Assembly (NCBI GenBank): GCA_903865035.1
Contig: CAIPII010000131.1
Location: forward strand, 1-58,885
DNA from: an uncultured Burkholderiales bacterium
GTDB taxonomy: Bacteria > Pseudomonadota > Gammaproteobacteria > Burkholderiales > Burkholderiaceae_C
Length of the DNA stretch: 58,885 nucleotides
Direction: 5' to 3'
In this document: piece by piece, positions 50,681 through 58,885 of the stretch
Numbering within the stretch: position 1 is the first letter of the stretch
Layout: every line of letters starts with the position of its first letter
The notes under the pieces: generated by a model
Told to the model about the DNA's origin: nothing
The model's input: the letters and a program-made list of their open reading frames with translations, nothing else
The model's database searches: none
Position numbers and translations under genes: made by a program

Positions 50681-51571
50681 ATGCACAAGATTGGTTTTTA
50701 CATCACCTCAACACTCGTGGCCTTGGCCATCGTGAGCTCCACCATTTTCGTGGTTGATCAGCGTCAATTTGGCGTGGTCTATGCCCTGGGACAAATCAAA
50801 GAGGTCATCACCCAGCCTGGATTGAATTTCAAGCTTCCCCCTCCTTTTCAAAATGTGACCTACATTGACAAGCGTTTGCTCACTTTGGACAACGCCGATA
50901 CAGAGCCCATGCTCACGGCAGAGAAGCAACGCATGGTGATCGATTGGTTTGTGCGCTGGAGGATCACCGATCCATCCAACTTCATTCGCCACGTGGGCTT
51001 GGATGAGCAAGCCGGTGCGATGCAATTGGCGCGTGTGGTGAGAAATGCATTTCAGCAAGAAATCAACAAGCACACAGTGCAAGAGTTGCTCTCTGAGAAG
51101 AGAGAGACCGTGATGAAAGATGTGAAGGCTGAGGTGCTCAAAAAAGTTCAAGGCGATAAGCCTTGGGGGATTGATGTGGTGGATGTGCGCATGACGCGAG
51201 CAGACTATGTGGACACCATCACCGAGTCGGTGTACCGACGCATGGAGGCCGAGAGAAAACGTGTTGCCAATGAGTTGCGCTCAACGGGTGCAGCCGAGGG
51301 CGAGAAAATCCGTGCCGATGCAGATCGCCAACGCGAGGTGACCATCGCCAATGCCTACCGCGATGCTCAAAAAATCAAGGGTGAAGGCGATGCACAAGCG
51401 GCCAAACTCTACGCCGATGCCTTTGGCAAAGATCCTCAGTTTGCCGAGTTCTATCGCTCCTTGGAGGCCTACAAATCGACCTTCAACAAAAAGTCAGATG
51501 TGATGGTCGTCGATCCATCGAGCGATTTCTTCAAAGCCATGCGCAGCTCTGGCTCCTCTGGCAAGCACTGA
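50681..51571 (+). CDS. hflC: FtsH modulator HflC
   Basis: TM segment, PGLNFKLP, RMEAERKRVANELRSTG and FYRSLEAY. Start at 50672 or 50681. Confidence 0.95.
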   Translation: MHKIGFYITSTLVALAIVSSTIFVVDQRQFGVVYALGQIKEVITQPGLNFKLPPPFQNVTYIDKRLLTLDNADTEPMLTAEKQRMVIDWFVRWRITDPSNFIRHVGLDEQAGAMQLARVVRNAFQQEINKHTVQELLSEKRETVMKDVKAEVLKKVQGDKPWGIDVVDVRMTRADYVDTITESVYRRMEAERKRVANELRSTGAAEGEKIRADADRQREVTIANAYRDAQKIKGEGDAQAAKLYADAFGKDPQFAEFYRSLEAYKSTFNKKSDVMVVDPSSDFFKAMRSSGSSGKH

Positions 51572-51653
51572 GGAGTTTGGCTTTGAGCCCCAGGCGTTTA
51601 GAGCAACTGCACTTTGGGTTTGAGTGGTTCGCTTGTCTGCACAAGGTGCGCGC

Positions 51654-51851
51654 GTGACACTCAGTTGGGATACTTTTTTGGCGGCTCTGGCCCTGGTGTT
51701 CATCATTGAGGGTGTGTTTCCGTTTTGTTGGCCCAGTCGTTGGAAGGATTTGTTTCAAGAGGTGAGTCAACTCCAAGACGGGCAAGTGCGCTTTTTTGGG
51801 CTCATGGCCATTGCCTTAGGGCTTATTTTGGGCTTGATCTTTTGGCACTAG
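51654..51851 (+). CDS. DUF2065 (YjeT-like) small membrane protein
   Basis: ALALVFIIEGVFPF...DGQVRFFGL; conserved position after hflC. Confidence 0.88.
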   Translation: MTLSWDTFLAALALVFIIEGVFPFCWPSRWKDLFQEVSQLQDGQVRFFGLMAIALGLILGLIFWH

Positions 51852-51938
51852 TTTGCACTTGCTCGCTTTGCCCAAGGTTGGATCAAAAGTCGGGCTAGCG
51901 CATCAGTCTAGGCTTCAATATCTGGAGGTGTATCGAAC

Positions 51939-53066
51939 ATGAACGCAGAGTTGAATCGAGTTTTGGACTCTCAAAAATTACTGGAGCTCACGCAACTCAT
52001 TGAGTCGCACATCCAAGACCAAAGGTATGCGGGTGCCCAAGTTGCCATGGCACACAAAGGGCGCATCATTTATGAGCAAGACTTTGGCCTTGCCAAACGC
52101 CCTGGCCCTCAAGGCGAGTCCTCAGTGCACGCTCACCCTCAGACTTTGTGGCTTTTGTACTCCAACACCAAAGTGATTTTGGCCTGCGCCTTGTGGCGCA
52201 TGTTGGAGGCGGGCTTGATCAGCTTCAATGCCAAGGTGAGTCACTACCTGCCTGGCTTTGCAAAACATGGCAAAGCAGACATCACGCTCTTTGAGTTGAT
52301 CACCCATCAAGCGGGATTTCCCAATGCAGAGATCACAGAGCAAGCCTATGGGGACTCGAGTCAAATTTTGCGAGAGGTCTGCGATTTTCGTCTCGAGTGG
52401 ACTCCTGGCTCTCAAGTTCATTACCACTCTTTGTCTGCACACTGGGTTTTGGCAATGGTCATGGAAGCGGTTTTAGGCGTCAATTTCAAAGAGGCTGTGC
52501 GGGCTTGGGTTCTGAAGCCCTTGGGGTTGGAGCATGAGCTCTTCATGGGCTTGGAGGCTGAGCACAAAGCGCGCATGGCTTACCTCTACGAGTGGACGCA
52601 GGACTCGCCCCGTGTTTTGAGCGAACGCATGGAGAGTCGCTCTTGGACTTGGCAAAGCTCAGGTGCGCCAGGTGGTGGAGCCTACGGTAGCGCCAGAGGA
52701 ATGGCCATGCTCTACCAAATGATGGTCCTGGGTGGGGAGCTCAATGGGGTGCTGTTTTTATCACCCAAAACATTGGCTTATTGCTTAAAGGATTACACGG
52801 GCGAGCGCGTGGACATGATGCTAGGACTGCCCATGCACCGAGCTTTGGGGCCACACTTAAGAGGCGAGGGCATCAACACCCGAGGACTGGGTACCTTGGC
52901 GCACGCTGGCGTGTTTGGTCATGGCGGGGTGGGCACTTCCTACGTCTGGGCGGATCCTTTGCGCGAGTTCTCCTTTGCCTACATCACCAATACCCGTGCT
53001 CCTGAGCCATGGCACTCTCTTCGCATGGAGCGCATCAGCAATTTGGTGCATTTGGCACTGTTGTAA
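51939..53066 (+). CDS. Beta-lactamase-fold serine hydrolase (family VIII esterase-like)
   Basis: SxxK (YSNTK), LITHQAG, PG...YHS and FGHGG; no signal peptide; GGAGG RBS. Confidence 0.88.
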   Translation: MNAELNRVLDSQKLLELTQLIESHIQDQRYAGAQVAMAHKGRIIYEQDFGLAKRPGPQGESSVHAHPQTLWLLYSNTKVILACALWRMLEAGLISFNAKVSHYLPGFAKHGKADITLFELITHQAGFPNAEITEQAYGDSSQILREVCDFRLEWTPGSQVHYHSLSAHWVLAMVMEAVLGVNFKEAVRAWVLKPLGLEHELFMGLEAEHKARMAYLYEWTQDSPRVLSERMESRSWTWQSSGAPGGGAYGSARGMAMLYQMMVLGGELNGVLFLSPKTLAYCLKDYTGERVDMMLGLPMHRALGPHLRGEGINTRGLGTLAHAGVFGHGGVGTSYVWADPLREFSFAYITNTRAPEPWHSLRMERISNLVHLALL

Positions 53067-53186
53067 GTGGCTGAAGTGGCTGTGGAGAATGTAAAATAAC
53101 GGGTTTGATGTATCCATGGGTCCTGAAGCTTTTGGGACAGGCGGTTTCATTTTTCTTTTTCTCTATTTCTAGGCACCCCCCTATTT

Positions 53187-54341
53187 ATGTCCTCAGCATG
53201 GGTATTACCCGATCATTTGGCCGATGTGTTGCCCTCTGAGGCCAGGCACATCGAGGAGCTCAGGCGTTTGTTTTTGGATGCAGCGCGCTCCTATGGGTAT
53301 GAGTTGGTCATGCCCCCAATGCTTGAGCATTTGGAGTCGCTCTTGAGTGGAACGGGCTCCAGGCTTGATTTGCAAACTTTCAAATTGGTCGATCAGCTCT
53401 CGGGCAGAACGCTGGGTCTCAGAGCCGATACCACCCCCCAAGTGGCCCGCATTGACGCGCATTTGCTCAATCGCAGTGGTGTGTGCAGATTGTGTTACTG
53501 CGGACCCGTTTTACACACCTTGCCTGAGAGGCCATACGCCACAAGGGAGCCGCTCCAATTGGGTGCAGAGCTTTATGGCCACGCCGGCATTGAGGCAGAT
53601 TTGGAAATTCTCGATCTCGCGCTCTCTGGTTTGAAAGCCGTGAATTGTCCTGGTGTCTTGGTCGATTTTGGGGATGCGAGGGTGGTTGGCATTTTGTTGT
53701 CCAAAGCCGCTTGTGGATTGGAGTTCAACCAAGAGATGACGCGCGCGCTCTCTCAAAAGGACATCAAAGTGGTCAATCGACTGCTCAAAGACTTCGCTGT
53801 CGAGCCAACGCTTGCGCAAGCTTTCAGCGAACTGGTGCACTTGTACGGAGATGTCGGTGTTTTGGATCAGGCGCAAAAAGCTTTTGCCGCATGGCCAGAG
53901 TTCAAGCCCGTCATCGATGAGCTGCGTGCTTTGAGTGCTCACTTAAAAGAATCCGTTGTTTTTGATTTGGCCGATGCCAGAGGCTACGGTTACTACAGTG
54001 GTGTTCGCTTTGCCATTTACGTTCAAGGCTGCGGAGATGCATTGGTGAGGGGTGGGCGTTACGATGAAGTGGGCGCCATTTTTGGTCGAGCCAGATGCGC
54101 GGTGGGCTTTAGCTTGGATTTGAAGGCCTTGGTTGAAGTGGTTCCCAAGCAACCTCGAAAAGCCGCGATCAAAGCACCCTGGGCAGAGGATGAGGACTTG
54201 AGGCATGCCATCAGTCATTTGCGCTCTCAAGGAGAGACAGTGGTGTGCGTTCTTCCGGGTCACAGCAGTGAGCTCGATGAGTTCGAGTGTGACCGACAAT
54301 TGAGTTTGATCGCTGGCACTTGGACTGTGACCCAGCTATGA
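53187..54341 (+). CDS. hisZ: ATP phosphoribosyltransferase regulatory subunit
   Basis: [35 protein letters not shown] and GGRYD; precedes purA. Confidence 0.95.
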   Translation: MSSAWVLPDHLADVLPSEARHIEELRRLFLDAARSYGYELVMPPMLEHLESLLSGTGSRLDLQTFKLVDQLSGRTLGLRADTTPQVARIDAHLLNRSGVCRLCYCGPVLHTLPERPYATREPLQLGAELYGHAGIEADLEILDLALSGLKAVNCPGVLVDFGDARVVGILLSKAACGLEFNQEMTRALSQKDIKVVNRLLKDFAVEPTLAQAFSELVHLYGDVGVLDQAQKAFAAWPEFKPVIDELRALSAHLKESVVFDLADARGYGYYSGVRFAIYVQGCGDALVRGGRYDEVGAIFGRARCAVGFSLDLKALVEVVPKQPRKAAIKAPWAEDEDLRHAISHLRSQGETVVCVLPGHSSELDEFECDRQLSLIAGTWTVTQL

Positions 54342-54400
54342 GGCCAAAGAGGTGATGAGCCTTGTTGGTGTTGTGTGAAACTAGGGCAAGATCAATTTGA

Positions 54401-55777
<1,377 letters not shown>

Positions 55778-55841
55778 GGCTTGAGGGCGTGTGCAGAGAT
55801 TCGTTTTTTTACACTTTGATTATTTTTAAAGGGCCAATGAC

Positions 55842-56366
55842 ATGTTGACTGAAGATGGTAAGCACTTGTACGTTTCTTATGACGAATACCACAACCTGAT
55901 TGAGAAATTGGCCCTCAAAATCCATCACTCCGGTTGGCAGTTTGACAACATTTTGTGCTTGGCCAGAGGCGGCATGAGACCGGGGGACATCTTGTCAAGA
56001 ATTTTCGATAAGCCTTTGGCGATCATGAGCACGAGCTCCTACCGAGCTGAGGCCGGTACCGTTCAGGGGCACTTGGACTTGGCGCGCTACATCACCACCC
56101 CCAAAGGTGAAATCGCTGGCCGTGTTTTGTTGGTGGACGATCTGGCCGACTCGGGCCACACCTTGAAGGCGGTCGTGGATATGCTCAAGCACAATTACGC
56201 ACCGATCACCGAACTCAAGACCGCGGTCATTTGGACCAAAGGTTTGTCAAGTTTTGAGCCCGATTACTGCACCGAGTACTTGCCAACGAACCCTTGGATT
56301 CATCAGCCCTTTGAGGGCTATGACAGCACACGTCCAGAGCAGTTGATTCAGAAATGGACCGTCTGA
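55842..56366 (+). CDS. Purine phosphoribosyltransferase (type I PRTase)
   Basis: LARGG, PRPP-binding motif VLLVDDLADSGHT and WIHQPFE. Confidence 0.9.
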   Translation: MLTEDGKHLYVSYDEYHNLIEKLALKIHHSGWQFDNILCLARGGMRPGDILSRIFDKPLAIMSTSSYRAEAGTVQGHLDLARYITTPKGEIAGRVLLVDDLADSGHTLKAVVDMLKHNYAPITELKTAVIWTKGLSSFEPDYCTEYLPTNPWIHQPFEGYDSTRPEQLIQKWTV

Positions 56367-56419
56367 GTTAAAGCTCCCCTTTGGGGCATGGACTCAACAA
56401 CTCTCACTTGGAGTGCCCC

Positions 56420-57679
56420 ATGAATCCTGATCAAAAGCACAAGAGCGACTCGACTGGGGTTGGCTCAACGGCGCTCATACACCACGACTACAAAGCCCCT
56501 TTGGGCTTTGAGTCGCCTCAGACTCCTGTCTACAAAGCCTCCAGCGTCATCTTTCCCTCTGTTGCTCAGATGCAAACCCGAAATTGGGAAGACCGAAGTG
56601 CCTACACTTACGGGCTACACGGCACACCCACGACCTTCACCCTCGAGTCCAAGTTGGCGCTTTTGGAGGGCGGTGAACAATGCTTGCTTTTGCCCAGTGG
56701 ACTCTCAGCCTTGGCAGCGGTCAATGCGGCTTTGCTCTCAAGTGGTGACGAGGTTTTGGTGCCTGACAATGCCTATGGGCCACTTGTGTCGATGTTGGGT
56801 GGCCAATTCAAAAAATGGGGTATCCAAAGCGATCGCTACAACCCGCTTGATGCTCAGGACTTGGCTTGCAAAATCAAGCCCAACACGCGTTTGGTGTGGC
56901 TTGAGGCAGCGGGCTCTGTCACGATGGAGTTCCCAGACCTTTTGGCGCTCCTTCGTGTGTGTCAAGAAAGAGGTGTCACAACGGCCTTGGACAACACTTG
57001 GGGCGCAGGGTTGGCATTTCAGCCTTTTGAGCTTTTGAGCTCTATGAGCTCAAACTCGGTTGGCAAAGGTGTTGACATCTCGGTTCACGCGCTCACCAAG
57101 TACCCCAGTGGAGGCGCTGATTTGTTGATGGGCAGTGTCATCACGCGCGACCATGCCCTGGCCAAGCGACTCTCCAAGTACCATGAGCAATTTGGTCTCG
57201 GTGTGGGAGCCAATGATGTGGAGAGTGTTTTAAAGGGTTTGCAAAGTTTGGTGCTTCGCTACGATGCGCAAGACCATGTGGCACGCGCGTTGGCTCGGTT
57301 TTTACAAGCTGAGCCCTCGGTGGCCCAAGTGCTGCATCCGGCTTTGAGGGGCTCACCGGGACACGAGCATTGGCGAGCCGTCACGTGCTCGGGGCTGCGC
57401 CCTGAGGGACGCGCAGCAGGCATCTTCAGTGTGATTTTCAAGCCCTCCAACAGCGTACAAGCCATCTATGCCTTTTGTGAACGTTTAAAGCTCTTCAAGC
57501 TGGCCTACAGTTGGGGTGGCCCGATGAGTTTGGTCATGCCTTATGAATTGGGGTCCATGCGCAAGGGCTCACTGAATCACTTGGAGCAGGGCCATTTGGT
57601 CCGTTTTTGCATTGGCTTGGAATCTTTAGAGGACTTGCAAGCCGATCTTTCTCGCAGCTTGTTGGGATTGAGCGCGTAA
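56420..57679 (+). CDS. metC: Cystathionine beta-lyase (PLP trans-sulfuration family)
   Basis: YGLHGTPT, DNTW, PLP lysine in HALTKY, and YSWGGP. Confidence 0.88.
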   Translation: MNPDQKHKSDSTGVGSTALIHHDYKAPLGFESPQTPVYKASSVIFPSVAQMQTRNWEDRSAYTYGLHGTPTTFTLESKLALLEGGEQCLLLPSGLSALAAVNAALLSSGDEVLVPDNAYGPLVSMLGGQFKKWGIQSDRYNPLDAQDLACKIKPNTRLVWLEAAGSVTMEFPDLLALLRVCQERGVTTALDNTWGAGLAFQPFELLSSMSSNSVGKGVDISVHALTKYPSGGADLLMGSVITRDHALAKRLSKYHEQFGLGVGANDVESVLKGLQSLVLRYDAQDHVARALARFLQAEPSVAQVLHPALRGSPGHEHWRAVTCSGLRPEGRAAGIFSVIFKPSNSVQAIYAFCERLKLFKLAYSWGGPMSLVMPYELGSMRKGSLNHLEQGHLVRFCIGLESLEDLQADLSRSLLGLSA

Positions 57680-57681
57680 GT

Positions 57682-58836
57682 TCAAGCGCCGCGCTTGGCC
57701 TGGCTCATGAGGGTTTGGCTGAGCGCTTGAAAATGCGGGATTTCATGCCCTTTGAGTTCATGCACAAGCGCGCTTGGCAGTTGTTTGAAGTTTTTCTTCA
57801 TCGAGCTGAAATAAGTTGGATCGTAGTGATTGATCAAGAGCGACTCAACGACTTCAGGGATGCGACCCTGTGAAATCAAAGTGCACCAATGGTTCACCAT
57901 CTCTTGACCCCTGATGGGAGAGAGGGCTTGGAGCTTTTTTTGGAAAAGAACAGGGTCTTCAACCAAATGAGGGTAGTCCTCAATCAAAAGCGAGACTCGA
58001 GCGGGTAAGGGCAGATCCACGACATGGCAAGGACTTGCTCGCATGGCATCAATGAGGGCTTGGGGCACGCTCAAGTTGCCCACTTTTTTGCTCTCAGACT
58101 CAATGTAGACCACTCGGGAGGGGTCCATGTGATGGAATTGCTCCCAAATCAAGGTGTCAAAGTGTTTCTGTGAGGGTTGGGGCTGATTCGGTGTGAATCC
58201 CAAGACCGAGCTTTTGTGTTGGGCCAAGCCCTCCAGATCAAGCACTTGTGCACCTTGGGTTTTGAGCGTTTGGAGCAGTCGTGTTTTACCCGATCCCGTG
58301 GGTCCCGCAATCACTTCAAATCTGAACGGGGTGATCAAGCTCTCCAAGTCTTGCATCACCTGGTGGCGAAAAGCTTTGTAGCCGCCTTCGAGCAAGTGAA
58401 CTTTAAACCCGATTTGAGACAGCACCAAGGAGAGAGAGCCACTTCGATTTCCCCCACGCCAGCAGTAGATGAGGGGTTGCCAACTCTTGGGTTGATCCAA
58501 GACGTGGCGCTCAATGTGTTTGGCGATGTTGGCGGCAACCAAGGCCGCACCTTTTTTCTTGGCCTCAAATGCGCTGGTTTGTTTGTACAAGGTGCCAACC
58601 AAAATGCGCTCATCGCTGTTCAAGACGGGCCAGTTCACCGCACCGGGCCAATGGTCCAGGGCGAATTCGCCCTCGCTTCGAACATCGATGATGAGATCAA
58701 AAGGCAAGGGTGCTTTTGCTGCGCCTTGATTCGTCAAGGGTGCATCGCTCGAGCTCAAAGGCTCTGCAGGTTTGGCACTCAGGGCTTGGGACCAGCGCTG
58801 GGTGGCCTCTTGGGCTGGGATCAATTGAACGCTCAA
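57682..58836 (-). CDS. mnmH: tRNA 2-selenouridine synthase
   Basis: Rhodanese domain DVRSEGEF and YCWRGGNRS, EGGYK, P-loop GPTGSGKT, DLEGLA, ESESKKVG and HYDP. Confidence 0.95.
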   Translation of the reverse strand: MSVQLIPAQEATQRWSQALSAKPAEPLSSSDAPLTNQGAAKAPLPFDLIIDVRSEGEFALDHWPGAVNWPVLNSDERILVGTLYKQTSAFEAKKKGAALVAANIAKHIERHVLDQPKSWQPLIYCWRGGNRSGSLSLVLSQIGFKVHLLEGGYKAFRHQVMQDLESLITPFRFEVIAGPTGSGKTRLLQTLKTQGAQVLDLEGLAQHKSSVLGFTPNQPQPSQKHFDTLIWEQFHHMDPSRVVYIESESKKVGNLSVPQALIDAMRASPCHVVDLPLPARVSLLIEDYPHLVEDPVLFQKKLQALSPIRGQEMVNHWCTLISQGRIPEVVESLLINHYDPTYFSSMKKNFKQLPSALVHELKGHEIPHFQALSQTLMSQAKRGA

Positions 58837-58885
58837 TGAAAACTCACAGTCAGAATTTTTTCAAGGCTTGGCCACATGCCCTCCA
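58833..58885 (-). CDS. 3' end of a truncated upstream gene (possibly arylesterase/TesA-like)
   Basis: Frame EGMWPSLEKILTVSFH* ends in a TGA overlapping the mnmH TTG start (TTGA). Identity is guessed from only 16 residues. Confidence 0.4.
   Translation of the reverse strand, partial: EGMWPSLEKILTVSFH

Noticed and set aside
51939-53066. Antibiotic-resistance beta-lactamase call
   Set aside because: No signal peptide, and it has HGG and YHS rather than the KTG and YxN/SDN motifs of true class A/C enzymes.

Overview
Ordinary core-chromosome region of a Burkholderiales betaproteobacterium. Protein sequences and gene order look Comamonadaceae-like, and GC content looks near 50% by eye. It carries about 47 complete CDS and one partial CDS. 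Left part: MAPEG protein, small secreted Gly/Pro/Tyr-rich protein, membrane methyltransferase, secreted amidohydrolase, DEDDh exonuclease, MFS transporter, phasin, pyrD, rpiA, prlC and folD. Middle: a FixLJ-like two-component system divergent from the pyruvate dehydrogenase operon (aceE-aceF-lpdA), then NlpC/P60, acuI, isochorismatase, sucA-sucB-lpd (with a sucA RNA motif in the leader), zapE, DinG and bamD. Right part: the conserved rluD-scpB-rluB-ndk-rlmN-ispG-hisS-yfgM-bamB-der-hfq-hflXKC-DUF2065-hisZ-purA string, a phosphoribosyltransferase, metC and mnmH. I see no rRNA, tRNA, CRISPR, transposase, integrase, phage or defence genes, and I cannot support a claim of a new biological system here. 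The best leads are modest: the orphan riboswitch-candidate sucA RNA, candidate PhaR-type boxes including one in the fixL/aceE promoter, apparent absence of pilW-rodZ from its usual site, a serine hydrolase inserted in the hflC-hisZ string, a FAM173-like membrane methyltransferase, and recurrent low-complexity insertions in core proteins. All calls come from motif recognition by eye; no database searches were run.
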